Shown: positions 41,720 through 49,297 of the stretch, in pieces
Position numbering within the stretch: the first letter of the stretch is position 1
Layout: the number at the start of each line of letters is the position of its first letter
The notes under the pieces: generated by a model
What the model was told of the DNA's origin: nothing
The model's database searches: none
The model's input: only the letters and a program-made list of their open reading frames with translations
Translations under genes and position numbers: made by a program
From: a virus
Length of the DNA stretch: 52,407 nt
Virus genome (UHGV): UHGV-0113213
Strand: one strand, 5' to 3'

Positions 41720-42010
41720 TTAATGGTAGCGGACTTTATCCAGGGGTTTTTCCCCTAAATGGCGTGGTTGCGTTGCGTGGTAGTAGCTGCCGCTTTCATT
41801 TTCCGTATACCATTTTACTGATCCTTTGCGACGTTCTTTAATGCTATTTGGTTTGCATCTTTCCTCGTTTGCAAATCGAATAGCTTTATCCACATTGTCT
41901 GTTTTATTGATTGCAGGTGATGATTTTCTTTCGTTTTCTCTTTTTATCCTTCTGCGTTCCCTGGCATTCATTTTGCTATCACATTTACCATATATAATTG
42001 TAACGCTCAT
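41720..42010 (-). CDS. N: N-like transcription antiterminator (arginine-rich motif)
   Basis: 96 aa, first gene after PL. Residues 14-29, MNARERRRIKRENERK, resemble the ARMs of lambda N (MDAQTRRRERRAEKQ) and P22 N. boxA/boxB-like elements are present (see 43322-43354). Confidence 0.6.
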   Translation of the reverse strand: MSVTIIYGKCDSKMNARERRRIKRENERKSSPAINKTDNVDKAIRFANEERCKPNSIKERRKGSVKWYTENESGSYYHATQPRHLGEKPLDKVRYH

Positions 42011-42358
42011 AATCTGATCTCCGTATATCCTTGATGATACTTAATAAAAAATCATCTTCGTTAATTGCCGCACTTCCAGCGGCTGACCAGATTGTTAATG
42101 AGCGGCTTAACATCTTTCAACTAATCCCGCAATCATCGCCGTTCCCGGCGTGACCTTGCTCACTCCAAGCAAGCTGACTCGTCGCCTTGCGTGCGGTTTC
42201 GTGGGGGATGTAACGCTTTAAACACCCCATGCGCCTTGTTATCAGTGCCGCTTTCGGTCCCCCATCGGGGAGTTACTCCACGGTTGACAAGGTGTTAAGC
42301 CTGATTTTTAAAGTGCCAGGAAGTTGCTTTTGTTACCTGCGCCCTTCCTTTGACTCGC

Positions 42359-42401
42359 AATATACGCCCCGTAAAACATCGAGTCAATCCATTTTGTATA
42401 C
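42359..42401 (-). promoter_or_regulatory. PL-like early leftward promoter with an abutting phage motif
   Basis: Minus strand: GTATACAAAATGG (42389-42401), then -35 TTGACT (42382-42387), a 17-nt spacer and -10 TATATT (42359-42364). Confidence 0.65.
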
Positions 42402-42477
42402 TTTTTTAAAATATTTTATATGCCATTGATATTTAAATAATAAATAACGTTTTCTGTTTACGTTTTGGTGTTTTCCA

Positions 42478-42504
42478 GGCAAAGAAAAGCCGCCATTCGG
42501 CGGC
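42478..42504 (-). terminator. rho-independent terminator after the repressor gene
   Basis: GCCGCC(42489-42494) ATTC GGCGGC(42499-42504), followed on the minus strand by TTTTCTTT. Confidence 0.75.
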
Positions 42505-42510
42505 TAATGT

Positions 42511-43158
42511 TTATGGCAGGTTTACGATCTTCGCATCAACCACCACGCCTATAATTTTTGATTCTGGATTCATAGGGATTGGCGGATACAGCGGATTGAG
42601 CGAACGTAAAAGCCTTTGACCTCCATCAATAATCAACTGTTTAAACGTCGGTATCTGCCCTTCCTCAAGCTGGGCTATAACCAGTTTGCCGTCAATAGCT
42701 GGCGCGTGCGGGTCCACAAGTATCATCGTCCCCGCCGGGATGCTCAACCCCTGCGGCGCGTTCATTGATTCACCTTTGGCAACCAGCCAGTAACTGTCAT
42801 CTGAACAAATAACGCTAGTCGTAACGTGTCGTAATGCTGAACGCCTTGCGTCATCCATATTGTTTACTGTGTCCTTCCAGTCAATAACCGGGTAACTACC
42901 TAAATCACGCGGCGGCACGGCCTGAAGTGTATTAGAAACAGAATCATCAATGACCATGCCATCATGTGTAACAGTAAACTGCCGACGACCAAGCTCGCGC
43001 ATAATCCGCGCAATATCTTCAAGATTTGGCTCTCGGCGACCGTTCAGCCAGTGTGACAGGCCGCCTTTAGTTATCCCCATACGATCCGCGAGTGAATCCT
43101 GGCTCATGCCCTGCGCCCGCATGAGCTGCTTTGCTAAGTCATACCATTTTGTTTTCAT
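42511..43158 (-). CDS. cI: CI-type prophage repressor (HTH + S24 LexA-like peptidase)
   Basis: 215 aa. N-terminal HTH (SQDSLADRMGITKGGLSHWLNGRREP). C-terminal autocleavage domain with GESM (Ser) and a downstream Lys (FKQL). Confidence 0.88.
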   Translation of the reverse strand: MKTKWYDLAKQLMRAQGMSQDSLADRMGITKGGLSHWLNGRREPNLEDIARIMRELGRRQFTVTHDGMVIDDSVSNTLQAVPPRDLGSYPVIDWKDTVNNMDDARRSALRHVTTSVICSDDSYWLVAKGESMNAPQGLSIPAGTMILVDPHAPAIDGKLVIAQLEEGQIPTFKQLIIDGGQRLLRSLNPLYPPIPMNPESKIIGVVVDAKIVNLP

Positions 43159-43217
43159 GTCGCTACCCTATAACCTCAAAAAGTTTGATGCAAGTCACAA
43201 AACGTGTATTTTAAGCC

Positions 43218-43245
43218 TTGATCTTAAAATTCCATTTTGTAAACT
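43218..43245 (+). promoter_or_regulatory. PR-like early rightward promoter overlapped by the phage motif
   Basis: -35 TTGATC (43218-43223), a 16-nt spacer ending CCATTTTG, -10 TAAACT (43240-43245). An alternative is TTGATG (43185)-16-TATTTT (43207). Exact motif CCATTTTGTAAAC at 43232-43244. Confidence 0.5.
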
Positions 43246-43321
43246 TGCAGACAAGGTAAGGCCATACTTGCAAAGACGCAAGGAAAAAGATAACGGAAGG
43301 CACAAAAAGGCACTTACCTTA

Positions 43322-43354
43322 TGCTCTTTAAAAATCCGGTGTCGCTGCGAAGCG
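43322..43354 (+). promoter_or_regulatory. nutR-like site: boxA plus a boxB hairpin
   Basis: TGCTCTTTAAAAA (43322-43334) against the boxA consensus (C/T)GCTCTTTAACAA. 8 nt later, CGCT-GCGA-AGCG (43343-43354): a 4-bp stem with a GNRA loop. Confidence 0.55.
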
Positions 43355-43463
43355 AAAAACAAATATCACGCAACGGCGGGATCTGTTGAGCGGTCAGTCA
43401 CTGCTATCTAATGCTAATGGGATGCCCGCCCGCGCGTTCACTCTAACCATAGGAGAAAATGCG

Positions 43464-43730
43464 ATGAGTATAAACATGATTAGTAAAGCATGGAACGTAA
43501 AACTTAATAGCCCGATTCAAAAACTTGTCTTAATGGCTCTGGCTGAAAAGGCAGATAACAAAGGACGGGTACATGATGCATCACGCAAAGAAGTAGCCGC
43601 AATGTGTGAACTTCCTGTTCATACGGTACATGATGCCTTCGCCGCGTTAATGGATAAAGGATTTGTTTGTCGTCTTGATGCATTCAGTGATGTCTATGTA
43701 GTGATGTTGCCGGGGGGGGATGATCTATGA
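43464..43730 (+). CDS. winged-helix/HTH protein (HTH_36-like), first gene of the rightward operon
   Basis: 88 aa from the ATG at 43464 (AGGAG SD). AWNVKLNSPIQKLVLMALAEKADNKGRV...S..EVAAMCELPVHTVHDAFAAL..KGFV. Confidence 0.6.
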   Translation: MSINMISKAWNVKLNSPIQKLVLMALAEKADNKGRVHDASRKEVAAMCELPVHTVHDAFAALMDKGFVCRLDAFSDVYVVMLPGGDDL

Positions 43731-44773
43731 AGTGGTTTAAGCATGACAGCGATGCGAACCGCGATGAAAAACTTCAAAACGTTTTGTTAGATTATGGCCT
43801 GGAAGGGTACGGGCTTTATTGGTATTGCCTCGAACTAATAACTTATGACGTAGATCAGCACAATCTGAATTTTGACCTACGACATGACGCGAGAATCATT
43901 GCGCGAAACGTCGGATCGACTGAAAAACGTATAGAAGAAATGATGAAATACTTCATCGAAATTGGTTTGTTTGAATGTTCTCAAGGCCACATAACTTGTT
44001 TAAAGTTATTGAAAAGGCTTGATCAATCAATGACTTCTAAAAGCGCGTACAGGGCCGCCATAAACACAGCTAAGGAGCAATTAAAATTAGAAAAGTTAAT
44101 CAATCCAACACAAAAAGGTCATGATAGGGTCATGACCGGGTCAGGAAAGGGTCATGAATTAGAAGTAGAAGAAGAAAGAGAAAAAGATATATACACTTCG
44201 TGTATTGTCGAAAATGAACAAAAAATGTTCAATCGGGATGGCGTAAACGAAGCGGCATTGCGTTGTCTTTCCTTCTACAACGACAAGGCAGGATGCAAAT
44301 GTCGTGATGCGAAGCCATTCATAGAACTACTGACAGAAACAAAAACACGTAAAGCATATACTGAGGAAGAAATCACATTAGTAATCGAGTGGGCTTTAAC
44401 GCAATGGCGTAGCCGTGGTGGAACACCTAAGCCTATCAACATTTGCCGGGTAACTAAATTTGATGGGTATCTGGCTGATGCTGAACAATGGCGCAAACTG
44501 TCAGCCACTGCAAACGCTGCCGATGTGGTGGAAGCATTTAACAGCACGTTTGACGGTCTGTTACCACATGCCGAACTGGATCGGGATCTTGAACGTAAGA
44601 TCTATGCGTTCACTGACTACCTGAAAGACAAAAGCATCACTGGCTTTATTGCTTACTTTGAGGCGTTCAAAAACACGGCTTCAGATTTTTACTTCGGCAA
44701 TGGCTTTACTGCGACACTGGATTTTCTACTTAAACCAAAAACGCTACGTGATACACGATGTGGCGCTCTTTGA
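43727..44773 (+). CDS. replisome organiser / replication initiator (DUF4373-like N-terminus)
   Basis: 348 aa. MKWFKHDSDANRDEKL..LL..YGLEGYGLYWYCLELI. Contains an internal iteron array. Precedes the helicase module. Confidence 0.65.
   Translation: MKWFKHDSDANRDEKLQNVLLDYGLEGYGLYWYCLELITYDVDQHNLNFDLRHDARIIARNVGSTEKRIEEMMKYFIEIGLFECSQGHITCLKLLKRLDQSMTSKSAYRAAINTAKEQLKLEKLINPTQKGHDRVMTGSGKGHELEVEEEREKDIYTSCIVENEQKMFNRDGVNEAALRCLSFYNDKAGCKCRDAKPFIELLTETKTRKAYTEEEITLVIEWALTQWRSRGGTPKPINICRVTKFDGYLADAEQWRKLSATANAADVVEAFNSTFDGLLPHAELDRDLERKIYAFTDYLKDKSITGFIAYFEAFKNTASDFYFGNGFTATLDFLLKPKTLRDTRCGAL
44117..44160 (+). repeat. candidate replication origin iterons inside the initiator gene
   Basis: Four direct 11-bp units, GGTCATGATAG GGTCATGACCG GGTCAGGAAAG GGTCATGAATT (one helical turn apart), followed by a purine/AT-rich tract at 44161-44200. 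Confidence 0.6.
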
Positions 44774-44905
44774 CCAATCACGATCCGCAAAAATCCAAAA
44801 TTACCCACAAACAACCTCACCAGCTAGCTAAATCGCATGTGGTGCTACACTTGCTTACCTTTTTGCGATTAGCTCGTTATAGAGCGTTACAGAGAGGATT
44901 TTAAA

Positions 44906-45007
44906 ATGGACGGTAAACACGTTTTCGCCCTGGCTTTTGCCATCGCTGCGGCAATCGCTGTTAACGTCGCCTTGTTCGGCGGATTGTATCTGCTAGTTAA
45001 TCCATAA
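44906..45007 (+). CDS. hydrophobic micropeptide (33 aa)
   Basis: MDGKHVFALAFAIAAAIAVNVALFGGLYLLVNP. GAGAGG lies 10 nt upstream. Confidence 0.45.
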   Translation: MDGKHVFALAFAIAAAIAVNVALFGGLYLLVNP

Positions 45008-45147
45008 CTACCCTTCTACCTTAAAAATCGAAAATTAGCCACATGATTGCGCTTCTGGCGCAAAAAAGACACTGCAACCTTACAAGTGGGTTACGCGGTG
45101 GGTTTTTGCGTTGTAGCGCGTCTGAGGCGTTTTAAGGAGTTGGATCG

Positions 45148-46071
45148 ATGCGCAAGTTAACACATGATGAACAGGTTGCGGCTATCGCTAAGGTTAATCA
45201 TGATGTCGAAGTGCTTGGGGAAATTGTCAATAACAGGACAAAAGTATCCTGCCGCTGCAAGGTTTGCAGTCACGAATGGTCGGCTAGACCTTACAATCTT
45301 AAAAGCGGTTACGGCTGCCCGAAATGCGCCGGAAAGATGAAATTATCACACGAAGAACAGGTTGCCGCTATCGAGAAGGTTAATTCTGATGTCGAAGTGA
45401 TTGGCGAAATAATAAACGGCGATACAAAAGCATTATGCCGCTGCAAAGTTTGTAATCACGAATGGTCGGCTAAACCTAACAACCTAAAAAACGGGCGCGG
45501 CTGCCCGAAATGTAAAGGTTTAAAAATCGCACAAAGACGAACATTATCACACGAAGAACATTTATCCGCTATCACTAAGGTAAATCATGATATTGAAGTA
45601 TTGGGAGAAATAATAAACGATAGGACAAAAGTATTATGTCGATGCAAGGTTTGTGATCATAAGTGGTCGCCTAGACCTTATGCTATTAAAAGCGGGCAAG
45701 GCTGCCCGAAATGTGCGAAACACGGTTTTTTGTCACACAATTTCGGCAAACTTTACATCATGGTTGATGATCCTGAAGTGCCTACACAAATGAAAATCGG
45801 CGTAAGCGTTAATGAGAACAAGCGAAGAAATCGGGTATTAAAAAGCGCACATAAATCAGGCGTTAGAATCCCTGATTTATGTGTCGTGAAAACGTTAGAA
45901 GGTCCAACCGAAAATATCCATGAATTAGAAAGCACGATGCATAAATATTTCAGCAATTATAAAATTAACTTTCCTGTAAAATTTGATGGCAGTAATGAGT
46001 TTTTCTATTACAGGCCGGAAGTATTCGACATGGTAGAAGAAGCATATAAAGAGATTGTTTGCTGTCAATGA
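45148..46071 (+). CDS. triple zinc-ribbon repeat protein with a C-terminal T5orf172 (GIY-YIG-like) domain
   Basis: 307 aa. Three repeats of about 65 aa (LSHEEQVAAI.KVN.DVEV.GEI.N..TK..CRCKVC.HEWSA.P.NLK.G.GCPKC.G). The C-terminus KLYIMVDDP...KIGVS.N...R...L........P.L.....EGP.ENIHELESTMHKYF...K......GSNEFFY is T5orf172-like (recalled). Confidence 0.6.
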   Translation: MRKLTHDEQVAAIAKVNHDVEVLGEIVNNRTKVSCRCKVCSHEWSARPYNLKSGYGCPKCAGKMKLSHEEQVAAIEKVNSDVEVIGEIINGDTKALCRCKVCNHEWSAKPNNLKNGRGCPKCKGLKIAQRRTLSHEEHLSAITKVNHDIEVLGEIINDRTKVLCRCKVCDHKWSPRPYAIKSGQGCPKCAKHGFLSHNFGKLYIMVDDPEVPTQMKIGVSVNENKRRNRVLKSAHKSGVRIPDLCVVKTLEGPTENIHELESTMHKYFSNYKINFPVKFDGSNEFFYYRPEVFDMVEEAYKEIVCCQ

Positions 46072-46104
46072 ATATACAAAATGTAAACATGAGGAAATAA
46101 CAAC

Positions 46105-47223
46105 ATGTCACAAAGAAAGATAAGCGATGAGCAATTGATCGCTGAATATAACAACGGTTTAACGTACAAGCAGATCGCTGAAAAATATGGCATGTCAAAA
46201 CGCAACGTCGAGCGCCTGGGCGCAAAGCTGGCGAAACGCGGTTTAATATCCACGCGTCGCGCGCCGGGTTTTGGCGTCAATGGCGAGTCATTGCTAGTTG
46301 ATAAGGATGGCAATGTGATTATGCGCTGGATTAAAACAGCCCGTGATCGCGATGAAATGGAAAGGCTAATGCAAGCGGCTTGCGATGCTTTCACGGAAGA
46401 CATGCCACGCGCTGAGGCTGTGCCAGTGCCGGAAATTGATTTCCAAAAAAGCCTGGCTCTTTATCCGGTATTCGATCTGCATATCGGTGCGCTTGCGCAT
46501 AAAGCTGAATGCGGTGAGAGCTACGACACCGGGATCGCCGAACGTGTGTTAAATGACTTCTTCGACTACGCGGTGGGCGCTGCGCCAATGTCTGAAAAGG
46601 CTGTTTTGTTGTTAGGAGGTGATATTCTTCACACTGACGGCCTGTTACCAGTGACGCCATCAAGCAATCACGTCCTGGATTGCGATTCACGCTACGCAAA
46701 ACTGGTTTACGTGGCGATCCGGTCGGTCCGGCGTGCGGTCGGGAAGATGTTACTAAATCATAAGTATGTCGAGATCCAGACATTATCCGGTAATCACGAC
46801 CAATCAGGGATGATCTGGCTACGTGCGGCGCTGGCGGCTTTTTACGAAGATGAACCGCGCGTAACTGTTGATGTGTCCCCTGCTATCGTTCACCACACAC
46901 AGTACGGCAAAACATTCCTTGCTTACCACCACGGACACACCATCAAAAAACCAGAAAATTTGTTGTCTGCCTGCGTCTCTGACTGGCGGGAGGATTTCGG
47001 CAAGTCGTCGGCGGTTTACGCTCATTGCGGACACTGGCATCACCAACGGCTGATTGAATCATCGTTAGGCGTTGTTGAGTATCACGGCACGTTAGCTGGC
47101 AAAGACGCTTATTCAACAAATGGCGGCTGGCGGTCGCGTCGGCTGGCTGCGGTAATAATTTACAGTCCTGATCATGGGGAAATCGGGCGCTTTGTTTATT
47201 ACCCTGAATATTCCATTTTGTAA
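46105..47223 (+). CDS. HTH + calcineurin-like metallophosphoesterase protein
   Basis: 372 aa. N-terminal HTH (LTYKQIAEKYGMSKRNVERL). Phosphoesterase motifs DLHIG, GGDILH, SGNHD, HHGH, GHWHH. Confidence 0.65.
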   Translation: MSQRKISDEQLIAEYNNGLTYKQIAEKYGMSKRNVERLGAKLAKRGLISTRRAPGFGVNGESLLVDKDGNVIMRWIKTARDRDEMERLMQAACDAFTEDMPRAEAVPVPEIDFQKSLALYPVFDLHIGALAHKAECGESYDTGIAERVLNDFFDYAVGAAPMSEKAVLLLGGDILHTDGLLPVTPSSNHVLDCDSRYAKLVYVAIRSVRRAVGKMLLNHKYVEIQTLSGNHDQSGMIWLRAALAAFYEDEPRVTVDVSPAIVHHTQYGKTFLAYHHGHTIKKPENLLSACVSDWREDFGKSSAVYAHCGHWHHQRLIESSLGVVEYHGTLAGKDAYSTNGGWRSRRLAAVIIYSPDHGEIGRFVYYPEYSIL

Positions 47224-47241
47224 ACCGGAGGCGATACCATA

Positions 47242-48663
47242 ATGATAACCGAACAAGTAAACTCATTGCGGCAAGAAAGAGAATCTGCGGTTATCGGTGG
47301 CCTGCTGTTAGGTGGGCTTACTCCTAACGCGCAAGACGTTCTCGCTACTCTAGATCCTGAAGTATTCACTATTCCGCTATATAAGCGGGCTTTTGAAATT
47401 ATCCGTGCGCAAGCCAGAAACAGAAATCTCATCGACGCGTTACTGGTTGGTGATGAGATTGGTAATGAAAACTTTGTGCCGCTAATGCAAACGGCGCGAT
47501 CGTGCCCTTCTGCTGCCAACCTGAAGGGGTACGCACAGTTACTACGTGAAGAGCACCAACGTCGGCAGATGTTGGAACTCATCGACGATATGCGCTACAA
47601 ACTGGAAACTGGGACACTTGAGGTCGTCAAAGAGACGATGAAAGATTTTGATTCCCGGTATTCAAAATTAAAGGTAACAAAAGATCAGATTATCCCGGTG
47701 CTGTTGCGAGATGCTGTCCAGGAATACACGGAAGTGCTAAGTAAACGCATGGAGTGTGGCGTGAACTCTGACAACATCAAAACAGGGATTGACCCACTCG
47801 ACGAAATGTTAGGCGGCATTAACGCTACTGATATGGTGCTTATCGCCGGACGCCCAGGGTCTGGTAAATCGGCGTTGGCGTTGGCAATTGCCCGCGCGGC
47901 GGCTGAACGCCAATACCCTGGCGGAGAAGGTCAGCGGGTAGGCGTTTTGCTGTTCACGCTTGAAATGTCGCTCGATCAGATGACTGAACGCGCTATCGCT
48001 GGCGCAGGGAACTTGTCAACGGATTGCCTACGTAATCCGGTAAAACTGGATGACGAAGGGTGGGCGCACGTTGCCCAGGGGATGAGCGCACTTGCCGATC
48101 TCGACGTGTGGATTGTTGACGCATCACAGTTAACGGTCGAGGAAATACGCGCCACCACGGAACGGATGAAACAGGACCATCCTAACCTGGGAATGGTAAT
48201 GATTGACTACATCGGGTTAATGAAGCTGGCTAAGGCCGAACGTCATGATCTCGCCGTAGGGCAATTGTCGTGGTCATTGAAAATGATGGCGAAAGAGTTG
48301 CGCGTGCCAGTGGCGGCGCTGGCGCAATTATCCCGCCGCGTTGAAGAACGACCGAACAAGCGCCCTAACAATTCTGATCTGCGTGATTCCGGCAATCTGG
48401 AACAAGACGCAGACAGGATCATCATGGTCTACCGCGACGGCTACTACAACGAACAATCAGTTGCACGCGAGTACATGGAGATCATCGTTTCAAAAAACCG
48501 TCACGGGAAAACGGGTACTGTTTACCAGCGGTTTGATGATAACGGCAACATTTTACCATGCGACCAGGCCCGCGCGGCGTCCGCGTGTATCCAGTCAATG
48601 CAACAACGTCAGGCGACAAGCCGATTCTCCCAGCGAAATAACCAGACAAACTCATCTTTTTAA
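47242..48663 (+). CDS. dnaB: replicative DNA helicase (DnaB family)
   Basis: 473 aa. Walker A GRPGSGKS, IDYIGLM, SQLSR..E.R..KRP..SDLR.SG..EQDAD. Confidence 0.92.
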   Translation: MITEQVNSLRQERESAVIGGLLLGGLTPNAQDVLATLDPEVFTIPLYKRAFEIIRAQARNRNLIDALLVGDEIGNENFVPLMQTARSCPSAANLKGYAQLLREEHQRRQMLELIDDMRYKLETGTLEVVKETMKDFDSRYSKLKVTKDQIIPVLLRDAVQEYTEVLSKRMECGVNSDNIKTGIDPLDEMLGGINATDMVLIAGRPGSGKSALALAIARAAAERQYPGGEGQRVGVLLFTLEMSLDQMTERAIAGAGNLSTDCLRNPVKLDDEGWAHVAQGMSALADLDVWIVDASQLTVEEIRATTERMKQDHPNLGMVMIDYIGLMKLAKAERHDLAVGQLSWSLKMMAKELRVPVAALAQLSRRVEERPNKRPNNSDLRDSGNLEQDADRIIMVYRDGYYNEQSVAREYMEIIVSKNRHGKTGTVYQRFDDNGNILPCDQARAASACIQSMQQRQATSRFSQRNNQTNSSF

Positions 48664-48739
48664 TTAACTTGAGAAACGGCTTACCGGAAAGTTTACCGCT
48701 TTCTGGTGGCTGTTTTCGCGCTTAAATCGAGGCTAAAAA

Positions 48740-49297
48740 ATGAGCGTTGAACTTGAAACAAAAATTATCAATATCCTTGAACTTGATGGCATCGACACAA
48801 TGCACCAGCTACGCCAGAAAACAGGATTATCAGCGGAATATGACGAAGCTGGATGTTTGCCTGAGACAATTAAACACCTGATAGACGCTGGTATTGTTGA
48901 GCGTGTGTATACATATTTTGGACCGCGCCGCCGCTTGCTGGGGTATCGAATTAAATATTTGTATGCTCAACGGCGCGATCGTGTGGCGGCGTTATTTAGT
49001 GACTACAGCGTTAAAAAGCGTATGCGTGACATTAGCGCGGAAACTGGTATTCCGTGGAATTACCTGTCGCGCACGCTGCGTTTAATGGTACTTGATGAAA
49101 CGCTTTGCATAGACACCAATAAACACGGCCTTAACTTTTACTCACTGTTTAAACCTGGGCGCTTTGGTCACGCTAATGATCTCGCGTTTAATTTTGACAG
49201 CCGCCTGAATGAATACCGGAAAAATAACGGCCTGTTACCGGATAAACCAGTATTTGAGATCGAAAAACTTAACGGTGAAACGGGGTTAGAATTATGA
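48740..49297 (+). CDS. hypothetical protein (winged-helix-like repeats)
   Basis: 185 aa, operon member after dnaB. Confidence 0.5.
   Translation: MSVELETKIINILELDGIDTMHQLRQKTGLSAEYDEAGCLPETIKHLIDAGIVERVYTYFGPRRRLLGYRIKYLYAQRRDRVAALFSDYSVKKRMRDISAETGIPWNYLSRTLRLMVLDETLCIDTNKHGLNFYSLFKPGRFGHANDLAFNFDSRLNEYRKNNGLLPDKPVFEIEKLNGETGLEL

Noticed and set aside
42950-43411. A 153-aa plus-strand ORF overlapping the repressor gene and the cI-PR intergenic region
   Set aside because: It is antisense to a confidently identified CI gene, runs across the promoter/operator region, and has a basic low-complexity product and no SD.
43159-43463. Search for a Cro-like gene between cI and the first rightward ORF
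   Set aside because: The only frame is a 21-codon ATG ORF at 43321 without an SD. The region is better explained as PR plus a nutR-containing leader, so no Cro is called.
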